Shown piece by piece: positions 1 to 6,543 of a DNA stretch of 8,237 nucleotides. The DNA is from a virus (Duplodnaviria; Heunggongvirae; Uroviricota; Caudoviricetes). The stretch lies in the IMG/VR virus record IMGVR_UViG_2660238318_000005, one strand, 5' to 3'. The notes beneath the pieces were generated by a model. The model did no database searches and had not been told where the DNA came from. It worked only from the letters and a program-made list of their open reading frames with translations. Positions within the stretch are counted from its first letter, which is position 1. Every line of letters starts with the position of its first letter. A program made the position numbers and the translations under genes.

Positions 1-69
1 AGCACCTGTGTTGTTCTGAGGTGAGCATATCACCTCTGTTCAGGTGGCCAAATTCAGTGTGCCACTTCA
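1..69 (+). mobile_element. Right terminus of an IS3-family insertion sequence (IS911-like), element body lies left of the window
   Basis: Reverse complement of 1-69 begins TGAAGTGGCACACTGAATTTGGCCACC..., the TGA...GGCCACC pattern of IS3-family terminal inverted repeats; it matches my recollection of the IS911 IRR, not verified by search. Ends ...CA at 69. Confidence 0.5.
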
Positions 70-89
70 GACATTCTGAGGTGACAGCG

Positions 90-968
90 ATGATGACGTT
101 TAACCTGCGTGAACAACAAAAAAGACTACAGGCGCGAATGGATGAGTTACGGGCAGAGATTGCATTTGCTCAGAAGGGCGAAAAGCCATGGCCTTATCGT
201 TCCTGCCTGATGCGTGAAGGTCGCGGATATTGCGAAAAACATGGCGAATATCACACGCATATACTGGTGTGGAGCGATCGTAATGGCGAGGACAGAGAAG
301 AAATTTCATGCTGCCCTGACTGCTTAATCGCTGAGGCCAACGATTTGACCATGGAGCTGTCGTCCATCAAGGCGGAAGAGCTGACTGATAACGCCGGAAT
401 TGCCCTGCGTTTTCGGGACTGCGAGTTTGATAATTATCTGGAGGTTAATCCTGGCGCAGCCAGAAATCTTGCGGCCTGTCGCCGCTATGCGGAGAACTGG
501 CCAGATATGCTGGAGAACGGTACCAGTCTTGTTATGACCGGCAGTTGTGGTACCGGAAAAAATCATCTGGCTGTGGCTATGGCAAAACACATCATCCGTA
601 ACTATCTGGCCAGTGTGGAGATCACCGACGTGATGCGCCTTACCCGTGCTGTGAAAAATTGCTGGCGGAATGACAGCGAAAAAACAGCGGATGAAGTTAT
701 TGAGCGTTATGCGTCAATGGATTTGCTGATCATCGACGAAGTTGGCGTTCAGTTTGGCAGCGCGGCTGAAATGGCTATTTTGCAGGAAATTATCAACGCC
801 AGGTACGAAAGTATCTTGCCCACCATTCTGATCAGTAACCTCTCACCGGAAGAGTTGTGGGCGTTCATCAGTCCCCGAATTGCCGACAGGATCACAGACG
901 GGGGACGCAACTGGTTGTCGTTTAACTGGCCCAGTTACCGTTCTCGTATCAGAGGTGTGGCTGCATGA
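90..968 (+). CDS. Phage replication protein, DnaC/IstB-family AAA+ helicase loader with an N-terminal Cys/His-rich region
   Basis: Walker A GSCGTGKNHLA and Walker B LLIIDEVG in the translation. ATG at 90 follows GAGGTG (78-83) at good spacing; the track's GTG start at 21 would lie inside the IS end. Stop overlaps the next start (ATGA at 965-968). Confidence 0.75.
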   Translation: MMTFNLREQQKRLQARMDELRAEIAFAQKGEKPWPYRSCLMREGRGYCEKHGEYHTHILVWSDRNGEDREEISCCPDCLIAEANDLTMELSSIKAEELTDNAGIALRFRDCEFDNYLEVNPGAARNLAACRRYAENWPDMLENGTSLVMTGSCGTGKNHLAVAMAKHIIRNYLASVEITDVMRLTRAVKNCWRNDSEKTADEVIERYASMDLLIIDEVGVQFGSAAEMAILQEIINARYESILPTILISNLSPEELWAFISPRIADRITDGGRNWLSFNWPSYRSRIRGVAA

Positions 969-2356
969 CAACTCCAGTATGGCGTAACGATGACCTTGAA
1001 GGCGCTGTCATCGGCGCGTTCTTTCTGCGCGGAGCAGATCCTGAAGTGATGGATATTCTGGCCACACTGCCAGCGGACGTTTTTTCTGTACGAGCGTATC
1101 AGGATATCTATACAGGCATCTGCAGACAGGCCCGTGTTTCAGGAGTGATTGACCCCGTGCTGTTGTGTAATGAGATGCCGGAACTTGCCCCGGTGATTAC
1201 TGATACCGGGCGTAAAACCTGGGTGAAGTCTTCACTGGAGCACTATGTTGCAGCGTTGCGGCGCAATGCCGCACTGCGCGATGCAGAAAAAACACTGAAT
1301 GAGGCGCTGCAGAAATTACGTGATGCGCATACCTGTGAAGCAGCTGAAGATGCCCTGAAGGATGCGCAGAACATGATGGTCACACTGTCGACAGGAAAGG
1401 GCGTCATTCAGCCGGTACATATTGATGATGTGCTTCCGGAAGTGGTTGAGCGTGTTGAATGCCGGAATCAGGGGCTGGAGAAATCCAGGACGTTGATGAC
1501 CGGTATTGATGAACTGGACGCAAAAACAGGCGGTATGGAGCCCGGAGACCTGGTATTCATTGCCGCCCGTCCTTCGATGGGGAAAACCGAACTTGCGCTG
1601 GACATCATCGACAAGGTGACTGAGCAGGGGCATGGTGTGCTTCTGTTCACCATGGAGATGGCGAACATCCAGATTGGTGAACGTATGGTGTCTGCGGCTG
1701 GAGGGATGCCAGTATCACGCCTGAAATCTGTGGCTCACTTTGAAGATGAAGACTGGACGCGTTTCTCACAAGGGGTGGGGCGGATGACCGGGCGCAATAT
1801 CTGGATGGTGGACCAGGCGAACCTGGCCATTGATGAGATATGCGCAACAACGAAACACCACCTGATTAAATATCCGGAAACGGCGCTGGTGGTGGTTGAT
1901 TATCTCGGGCTGATAAAAAACCGAACCACGGGGCGTCATGACCTTGCCGTGGGTGAAATCTCAAAGGGGCTTAAAGGCCTGGCAAAATCCGGTGGTTTTC
2001 CGTTGATTGCGCTGAGCCAGCTCTCCCGCGGTGTGGAGTCCAGACCCAATAAACGTCCCATGAACTCAGACCTGAAAAATTCCGGAGAAATAGAGGCGGA
2101 TGCAGACATCATTCTGATGCTTTACAGGGATGAAGTGTACAACCCGGATACGCAGGCCAGGGGCATCGCAGAAATCAATATCACGAAACAACGTAACGGT
2201 TCTCTGGGAACGATTTACCGGCGTTTTTATAACGGACATTTTCTGCCTGTGGACCAGGAAAGTGCACGGGTGCTTTCCACTCCCATGAAGCCCGGCAATC
2301 CGCGCAGATACAGTAATAAACGAACTGACAGCAGTAAGATGGAGCGTTTCTTTTGA
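965..2356 (+). CDS. DnaB-family replicative DNA helicase (phage P-like function)
   Basis: 463-aa ORF with RecA-fold motifs: Walker A AARPSMGKT, Walker B-like LVVVDYLGL, and a QLSRG segment. Start is coupled to the upstream stop by an ATGA overlap. Confidence 0.85.
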   Translation: MTTPVWRNDDLEGAVIGAFFLRGADPEVMDILATLPADVFSVRAYQDIYTGICRQARVSGVIDPVLLCNEMPELAPVITDTGRKTWVKSSLEHYVAALRRNAALRDAEKTLNEALQKLRDAHTCEAAEDALKDAQNMMVTLSTGKGVIQPVHIDDVLPEVVERVECRNQGLEKSRTLMTGIDELDAKTGGMEPGDLVFIAARPSMGKTELALDIIDKVTEQGHGVLLFTMEMANIQIGERMVSAAGGMPVSRLKSVAHFEDEDWTRFSQGVGRMTGRNIWMVDQANLAIDEICATTKHHLIKYPETALVVVDYLGLIKNRTTGRHDLAVGEISKGLKGLAKSGGFPLIALSQLSRGVESRPNKRPMNSDLKNSGEIEADADIILMLYRDEVYNPDTQARGIAEINITKQRNGSLGTIYRRFYNGHFLPVDQESARVLSTPMKPGNPRRYSNKRTDSSKMERFF

Positions 2357-2610
2357 ACAACCAGACAATGACTTTTACCCCTGAACAATTGCGTAAACAC
2401 GCGCAGGAAATGCTGCGTCATGCTGAACAACTCGAAAAAACGGGCATAACAAAAGATGCTATCCGTAAAGATATGGTACCCGCGCTTCGGGAACTGATGC
2501 AGGCGAAGCATCGCGCACAGAAAGCAGTAGATGAGCTGGTGGACTGTGTGGCAGAGCTGGAAACCAGAGTCGGAAAGTTTGAAAAACTGGTGCAGGAGGC
2601 GCTGCGCTGA
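2353..2610 (+). CDS. Hypothetical small protein, predicted helical/coiled-coil, unknown function
   Basis: ORF in the ren/nin position after the helicase. TTG at 2353 has GGAG 8 nt upstream and overlaps the helicase stop; an alternative ATG at 2368 would give 80 aa. No recognisable motif. Confidence 0.45.
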   Translation: MNNQTMTFTPEQLRKHAQEMLRHAEQLEKTGITKDAIRKDMVPALRELMQAKHRAQKAVDELVDCVAELETRVGKFEKLVQEALR

Positions 2611-2705
2611 TGCGCCATGAGTTTGTTTTGCCCTGGCTTGTGCGCGATCATTATGTCCCTGGTGGAAAGCCCGGGATAAAAATCACCGAACCGGAGAGTA
2701 TTTGA
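2610..2705 (+). pseudogene. rusA: rusA remnant: 31-codon in-frame internal-deletion derivative of a RusA Holliday-junction resolvase gene
   Basis: Peptide MRHEFVLPWLVRDHYVPGGKPGIKITEPESI matches the N-terminus (EFVLPYPP) and C-terminus (VRGQLVPGGRLGIKITELGCA) of the intact rusA at 3862-4227, also at nucleotide level (gaatttgttttgcc; ggataaaaatcac). The roughly 90 codons between are missing. Confidence 0.75.
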
Positions 2706-2905
2706 TGAGCGTCAAAATTCAAACGATACCGGAACTGCTTATCCAGACACGAGGTAATATGACCGAAGTTTCACGAATGCTGAACTGTAATCGCGCCACG
2801 GTAAGAAAATATGCTGAAGATAAAGAGGGCAAAGGGCACGCCATTGTTGATGGTGTTCTGATTGTTCATCGTGGATGGGACAGGGGTAAAGACAGTGATG
2901 CGTGA
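2705..2905 (+). CDS. ninH: NinH-like protein
   Basis: 66-aa product [59 protein letters not shown]... aligns along its length with lambda NinH as I recall it. Start overlaps the rusA-remnant stop (TGATG); it sits directly upstream of Q as in lambdoid phages. Confidence 0.85.
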   Translation: MSVKIQTIPELLIQTRGNMTEVSRMLNCNRATVRKYAEDKEGKGHAIVDGVLIVHRGWDRGKDSDA

Positions 2906-3278
2906 TATTCAGCAGGTTCTTGAGCGCTGGGGCGCGTGGGTGGCTAATAATCATGAGGATGTGACCTGGTCGTCCATTGCTGCCGGTTTTAAGGGATTAA
3001 TCCCTTCAAAAGTAAAATCCCGCCCGCAATGCTGTGACGATGACGCGATGGTTATATGTGGGTGTATGGCCCGCCTTAACCGGAACAACAACGATCTACA
3101 TGACTTGCTGGTTGACTACTACGTGTTTGGGATGACATTCATGACGCTGGCGCGGAAGCATGGATGCTCAGATGGTTATATAGGAAAGAAGCTACAAAAA
3201 GCCGAGGGGGTGGTGGAAGGAATGTTGATGATGTTGGGTGTCCGGTTAGAAATGGACAAATATATTGAACATCCCTGA
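2898..3278 (+). CDS. Late antiterminator Q, short Q21/QuuD-type
   Basis: 126-aa product with cysteine cluster [16 protein letters not shown]; closely resembles the DLP12 QuuD sequence as I recall it. ATG at 2898 overlaps the ninH stop. A tR'-like terminator follows 87 bp downstream. Confidence 0.75.
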   Translation: MRDIQQVLERWGAWVANNHEDVTWSSIAAGFKGLIPSKVKSRPQCCDDDAMVICGCMARLNRNNNDLHDLLVDYYVFGMTFMTLARKHGCSDGYIGKKLQKAEGVVEGMLMMLGVRLEMDKYIEHP

Positions 3279-3364
3279 TGGTAAGGGGCGACTTTCTAGA
3301 AAATATTTTACGTACGTAAAAAACGGGATATTCTGTTAAGAGTGGTTGCTTCGCCACACAGCTT

Positions 3365-3389
3365 AAACCCGCCTCCGGGCGGGTTTTTT
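3365..3389 (+). terminator. Rho-independent terminator, tR'-like, downstream of Q
   Basis: Perfect 9-bp stem AAACCCGCC / GGCGGGTTT around loop TCCG, followed by a T-run. Near-identical in architecture to the terminator at 4975-5000. Confidence 0.7.
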
Positions 3390-3477
3390 ATGCCTGAAAA
3401 ACGGTACAGGACGTTAAACACGCTGGTGGTCAGATGAGTTTGCAGATGTGATGACATATGGTTATTATTCTGCCTCC

Positions 3478-3490
3478 GGCCCTTTAGCTC
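3478..3490 (+). tRNA. 5' fragment (13 nt) of a tRNA gene, truncated by the scaffold gap
   Basis: GGCCCTTTAGCTC is identical to the first 13 nt of the tRNA at 5106-5181. The preceding spacer shares motifs (CGCTGGTGG, GTTATTAT) with the region upstream of that tRNA. Confidence 0.5.
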
Positions 3491-3500
3491 NNNNNNNNNN
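3491..3500. other. Assembly/scaffold gap (N10)
   Basis: Run of 10 N; flanks are unrelated (tRNA 5' end on the left, mid-ORF sequence on the right). Confidence 0.9.
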
Positions 3501-3588
3501 TCCACCACAGGAAGAGACGGTGGTCAGCATTGCCGTTGATCCGGAATCTCCGGCTCAGTATCTCCAGCGCCAGAAACCACAACGGGAA

Positions 3589-3861
3589 GAGATGCCTGTA
3601 TACACGCGCTGGGTAAAAACGCAGAAATGCATGACGTGTGGCAATCAGGCAGATGATCCGCACCACATCATTGGTCATGGACTGGGAGGGATGGGAACAA
3701 AGGCTGACGATTTGTTTGTTATTCCGCTGTGTCGTAAATGCCATAACGAACTACACGCCGGGGTAAAAGATTTTGAAGAAAAACACGGTAGTCAGTTGTT
3801 GTTGCTGATTCGTTTTTTAATGCACGCGAGAAATTCGGGTGTTCTGAAGTGGAAAGCATAA
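3589..3861 (+). CDS. YbcO-like (DUF1364-type) Cys/His-rich putative zinc-binding nuclease-like phage protein; may extend upstream into the gap
   Basis: CxxC...HH...C..CH..H motif (CMTCGNQADDPHHIIGHGLGGMGTKADDLFVIPLCRKCHNELH). Sits immediately upstream of rusA, as ybcO does in DLP12. The frame is open back to the gap at 3501, so the true 5' end is uncertain. Confidence 0.55.
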   Translation, partial: EMPVYTRWVKTQKCMTCGNQADDPHHIIGHGLGGMGTKADDLFVIPLCRKCHNELHAGVKDFEEKHGSQLLLLIRFLMHARNSGVLKWKA

Positions 3862-4227
3862 ATGACCGAACGCATAGAATTTGTTTTGCCTTACCCGCCA
3901 ACGGTGAACACCTACTGGCGACGTCGTGGCAGCACATATTTTGTATCAAAAGCCGGTGAGCGTTATCGCCGTGATGTGGCGCTAATTGTTCGCCAGCAGC
4001 GACTGAAATTAAACCTGTCCGGAAGGCTGGCGATAAAGATTATTGCAGAGCCACCGGATAAGCGCCGTCGTGACCTGGACAATATCCTGAAGGCACCGCT
4101 GGATGCGCTGACGCATGCTGGACTACTTATAGACGACGAGCAGTTTGATGAAATCAATATTGTGCGCGGTCAGCTCGTTCCTGGTGGGCGGCTGGGGATA
4201 AAAATCACAGAACTGGGGTGCGCATGA
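3862..4227 (+). CDS. rusA: RusA-family Holliday junction resolvase
   Basis: 121-aa product with RusA hallmarks (RRRDLDN acidic motif, C-terminal GGRLGIKITELG). ATG follows the upstream stop directly (TAAATG). Confidence 0.85.
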   Translation: MTERIEFVLPYPPTVNTYWRRRGSTYFVSKAGERYRRDVALIVRQQRLKLNLSGRLAIKIIAEPPDKRRRDLDNILKAPLDALTHAGLLIDDEQFDEINIVRGQLVPGGRLGIKITELGCA

Positions 4228-4907
4228 ATAACCAGTATTTACAGTTTGTGCGTGAGCAGCTCATTATCGCCACCGCTGATTTGAGTGGGGCAACAAAAGG
4301 TCAGCTTGAAGCCTGGCAAGAGAATGCCATGTTCGATACAGGGCGTTACAGGCGTAAAAAAATCCGGTACCGCGATGAAGTGACTGGAAAAATGATAACG
4401 CGGGATAATCCACCAATCCCGGGAAAGCAATCGCTGGCGAAGGGGACGTCAATTCCTCTGGTCAGTCCGGTTGAGTTTTCGACATCATCGTGGCGGCGGG
4501 CTGTTCTGTCTCTTGAAGAGCACTATAAAGCCTGGTTGTTGTGGTGTTACAGCGGGAGTATTTGTTGGGAATATCAGATCGCGATAACACAGTGGGCGTG
4601 GAATGAATTTAATGCTCAATCCGGTACCAGAAAAATTGCAGGGAAAACGCAGGAACGCCTGAAAAAATTAATCTGGCTGGCGGCGCAGGCAGTAAAAGCA
4701 GAACTTTTTGGTGGGGAAGGTTATGAATACCAGGAGCTGGCATTACTGGCGGGAGTGACAACTAAAAACTGGTCCAAAACATTTACTCGTCACTGGGTTG
4801 CAATGAAACACATTTTTCACCGACTGGATAGTGAGGCTTTATTGTTTGTAATGAGAACACGTTCAAAAAAAAGACGGCATTTTCAAAGCAAAGTGTTGCA
4901 AAAGTAG
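4224..4907 (+). CDS. Putative late antiterminator Q, long type (Q82/QuuQ-like?)
   Basis: Assigned by position: directly after rusA (ATGA overlap) and directly before a consensus-like promoter, a tR'-like terminator, a tRNA cluster and a holin. I did not recognise the sequence itself. Confidence 0.5.
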   Translation: MNNQYLQFVREQLIIATADLSGATKGQLEAWQENAMFDTGRYRRKKIRYRDEVTGKMITRDNPPIPGKQSLAKGTSIPLVSPVEFSTSSWRRAVLSLEEHYKAWLLWCYSGSICWEYQIAITQWAWNEFNAQSGTRKIAGKTQERLKKLIWLAAQAVKAELFGGEGYEYQELALLAGVTTKNWSKTFTRHWVAMKHIFHRLDSEALLFVMRTRSKKRRHFQSKVLQK

Positions 4908-4924
4908 ATTGAAAGGCATATATT
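4896..4924 (+). promoter_or_regulatory. Candidate sigma70 late promoter (pR'-like) overlapping the Q-like gene's 3' end
   Basis: TTGCAA (4896-4901), 17-bp spacer, TATATT (4919-4924). About 50 bp upstream of the tR'-like terminator, which is the pR'/qut/tR' arrangement. Confidence 0.45.
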
Positions 4925-4974
4925 CATGCAAATCTGATACTTTGCCGATTTTGTACGTGATGGCAAAAGCAAAC

Positions 4975-5000
4975 AAAACCCGCCCACAAGCGGGTTTTTT
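4975..5000 (+). terminator. Rho-independent terminator, tR'-like
   Basis: Perfect 9-bp stem AAAACCCGC / GCGGGTTTT around loop CCACAA, then a T-run. Confidence 0.7.
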
Positions 5001-5105
5001 GTGCCACTTATCTCGGATAGACATGGTGAATGCGCTGGTGGAGGAGATAAGGGTGATTTTTGAATGCTTGCAACATTGATTTCGTAACGTTATTATCCTG
5101 CGCCC

Positions 5106-5181
5106 GGCCCTTTAGCTCAGTGGTGAGAGCGAGCGACTCATAATCGCCAGGTCGCTGGTTCAAATCCAGCAAGGGCCACCA
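5106..5181 (+). tRNA. tRNA with CAU anticodon, most similar to tRNA-Ile2 (lysidine type, ileX/ileZ-like)
   Basis: Cloverleaf by hand: acceptor GGCCCTT/AAGGGCC, anticodon loop CUCAUAA, T-loop TTCAAAT, 3' CCA encoded. Resembles E. coli ileX as I recall it; Met versus Ile2 cannot be settled from the anticodon alone. Confidence 0.75.
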
Positions 5182-5183
5182 AC

Positions 5184-5259
5184 CGCCACTAGCTCATCAG
5201 GAAAGAGCGTCAACCCTTTAAGTTGAGTGTGCGAGGTTCGAGTCCCCGGTGGCGGTCCA
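5184..5259 (+). tRNA. tRNA-like gene with atypical anticodon loop (CCUUUAA: UUU anticodon with C33); identity uncertain
   Basis: Acceptor CCGCCAC/GTGGCGG, D-arm GCTC...GAGC, anticodon stem TCAAC/GTTGA, T-loop TTCGAGT, 3' CCA. The loop lacks the near-universal U33. Confidence 0.55.
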
Positions 5260-5261
5260 GT

Positions 5262-5337
<76 letters not shown>

Positions 5338-5340
5338 TAT

Positions 5341-5415
<75 letters not shown>

Positions 5416-5474
5416 GTCAGAGTCTTTCAGTCTGCGATGATGGGAAATCCCGGAGTGACTGAAAGACGTTTAAG

Positions 5475-5547
5475 TTATGAATGATCGCCTTTTTTTGCAA
5501 AATTGCTGTGCAGAAATACTAACCTTCGGGCGTGCGATCATTCATAA
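5475..5547. repeat. Perfect 14-bp inverted repeat with 45-nt spacer in the tRNA-to-holin intergenic region
   Basis: TTATGAATGATCGC (5475-5488) is the exact reverse complement of GCGATCATTCATAA (5534-5547). A second 11-bp inverted repeat lies at 5422-5432 / 5457-5467. Confidence 0.6.
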
Positions 5548-5707
5548 GCACTCTGCTTTTATTCCGATTAACTGTGGGTGGTTTGTTGGATAGAGTGCTT
5601 TCCTTACTGTATATATCGTTTCGCCCGCTTTTGCGTTTTTTTCTTTTCAAATCCCTTTCATTTCTCAGTGTAAAACTACGCCATCCGTTATTTGCGGAGG
5701 TGAGGCT

Positions 5708-5923
5708 ATGAAATCCATGGACAAAATTTCAACGGGCATTGCCTACGGCACCTCCGCAGGCAGTGCTGGCTACTGGTTTTTACAGTGGCTTGATCAGGTC
5801 AGTCCGTCACAGTGGGCTGCGATTGGTGTACTGGGGAGTCTGGTTCTGGGCTTCCTGACTTATCTGACAAATCTGTACTTCAAAATCAGAGAAGACAAGC
5901 GTAAGGCTGCGAGAGGTGAATAA
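5708..5923 (+). CDS. S: Class II pinholin, phage 21 S-type (S21-like), with dual-start motif
   Basis: 71-aa product [30 protein letters not shown]... matches S21 as I recall it; the two Met codons (M1, M4) fit the antiholin/holin pair. Strong RBS GGAGGTGAGG upstream; stop overlaps the endolysin start (TAATG). Confidence 0.85.
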   Translation: MKSMDKISTGIAYGTSAGSAGYWFLQWLDQVSPSQWAAIGVLGSLVLGFLTYLTNLYFKIREDKRKAARGE

Positions 5924-5939
5924 TGTCGCCATCATTACG
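5923..5939 (+). pseudogene. 5' stub (17 nt) of an R21-type SAR endolysin gene, interrupted
   Basis: ATGTCGCCATCATTACG is identical to the start of the endolysin copy at 6143; it is followed at 5940 by the GTAAGCG... element instead of CAAGGCTGTT. Confidence 0.6.
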
Positions 5940-6006
5940 GTAAGCGCCCCATCAGCGACGTCTTGTGAAAATTGTCCTGTCTGGCAACAATCGCGCCCAT
6001 CTATAT
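5940..6006 (+). mobile_element. Terminus of a repeated element, proposed IS66-family insertion sequence end (copy 1)
   Basis: GTAAGCGCCCCATCAGCGACGTCTTGTGAAAATTGTCCTGTCTGGCAACAATCGCGCCCATCTATA recurs at 6437-6502; both copies run into N10 gaps. IS66-family ends characteristically begin 5'-GTAA; family assignment is from memory. Confidence 0.4.
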
Positions 6007-6016
6007 NNNNNNNNNN
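6007..6016. other. Assembly/scaffold gap (N10)
   Basis: Run of 10 N between the repeated element end and a holin-internal sequence. Confidence 0.9.
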
Positions 6017-6017
6017 G

Positions 6018-6143
6018 GTCAGTCCATCACAGTGGGCTGCGATTGGTGTGCTGGGAAGTCTGCTTCTGGGGCTTCTGACTTATCTGACGAATCTGTATTT
6101 CAAAATAAGAGAAGATAAGCGTAAGGCTGCGAGAGGTGAATAA
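6018..6143 (+). CDS. S21-type pinholin, 3' portion of a second diverged copy, 5'-truncated by the gap
   Basis: Encodes ...[41 protein letters not shown], with several nucleotide and amino-acid differences from the copy at 5797-5923, so it is a paralogue and not the same locus. Confidence 0.7.
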   Translation, partial: VSPSQWAAIGVLGSLLLGLLTYLTNLYFKIREDKRKAARGE

Positions 6144-6436
6144 TGTCGCCATCATTACGCAAGGCTGTTGCAGTTGCTATTGGTGGCGGGGCTGTTGCTA
6201 TAGCATCTGTGTTAATCACTGGCCCAGGTGGTAACGATGGTCTGGAAGGTGTCAGCTACATACCATACAAAGATATCATTGGTGTATGGACTGTATGTCA
6301 CGGACACACCGGAAAAGACATCATGCCTGGTAAAACGTATACCGAAGCAGAATGCAAAGCTCTCCTGAATAAAGACCTTGTCACTGTCGCCAGACAAATT
6401 AACCCGTACATCAAAGTCGATATACCGGAAACAACG
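6143..6436 (+). pseudogene. R21-type SAR endolysin (T4-lysozyme-like), N-terminal 98 codons, interrupted after ...DIPETT
   Basis: SAR-like N-terminus ([20 protein letters not shown]) and catalytic region [16 protein letters not shown] (E-x8-D-x5-T). Homology ends at 6436, where the GTAAGCG... element begins. Confidence 0.7.
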
Positions 6437-6502
6437 GTAAGCGCCCCATCAGCGACGTCTTGTGAAAATTGTCCTGTCTGGCAACAATCGCGCCCATCTA
6501 TA
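6437..6502 (+). mobile_element. Terminus of the same repeated element, proposed IS66-family end (copy 2)
   Basis: Same sequence as 5940-6005, again abutting an N10 gap. Confidence 0.4.
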
Positions 6503-6512
6503 NNNNNNNNNN
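6503..6512. other. Assembly/scaffold gap (N10)
   Basis: Run of 10 N. Confidence 0.9.
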
Positions 6513-6513
6513 C

Positions 6514-6540
6514 AAGCGTAAGGCTGCACGGGGAGAGTAA
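6514..6540 (+). CDS. Last 8 codons plus stop of a third S21-type holin copy, 5'-truncated by the gap
   Basis: Encodes KRKAARGE-stop, the same C-terminal tail as the holins at 5708 and 6018, with different nucleotides (GCACGGGGAGAG versus GCGAGAGGTGAA). Confidence 0.5.
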   Translation, partial: KRKAARGE

Positions 6541-6543
6541 ATA

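Noticed and set aside
21-89. GTG-initiated N-terminal extension of the DnaC-like ORF (track ORF 21..968)
   Set aside because: The extension lies inside the IS terminal repeat and has no RBS. ATG at 90 has a well-placed GAGGTG, so the shorter start is preferred.
100-2651. Minus-strand ORFs 100..309, 324..590, 1316..1633, 1468..1668, 1647..1850, 2066..2368, 2227..2511, 2418..2651
   Set aside because: All lie antisense within the motif-bearing replication genes and small ORF on the plus strand, have no RBS or recognisable motifs, and are the usual shadow ORFs of a densely coding strand.
2862-2897. Longer Q start at ATG 2862 (track ORF 2862..3278), overlapping ninH by 44 nt
   Set aside because: ATG 2898 gives the typical 4-nt overlap with the ninH stop and a product matching the expected size and N-terminus (MRDIQ...) of short Q proteins.
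3448-3861. Track ORF 3448..3861 spanning the N10 gap (MMTYGYYSASGPLAXXXX...)
   Set aside because: The N-terminal part is a tRNA leader and tRNA 5' end from a different block. The ORF is an artefact of reading through the gap; only the part right of the gap is considered coding.
2739-4452. Minus-strand ORFs 2739..2954, 3139..3357, 3308..3508, 3484..3744, 3719..3949, 3963..4157, 4239..4430, 4264..4452
   Set aside because: Antisense to ninH, Q, the YbcO-like gene, rusA and the Q-like gene, or spanning the terminator and gap. No supporting signals.
5916-6143. Track ORF 5916..6143 ([13 protein letters not shown]...XXXX...KAARGE) as a holin-like gene
   Set aside because: Chimeric across the N10 gap: the 5' part is the element end read in an arbitrary frame, the 3' part is the genuine holin C-terminus. 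Annotated as separate pieces instead.
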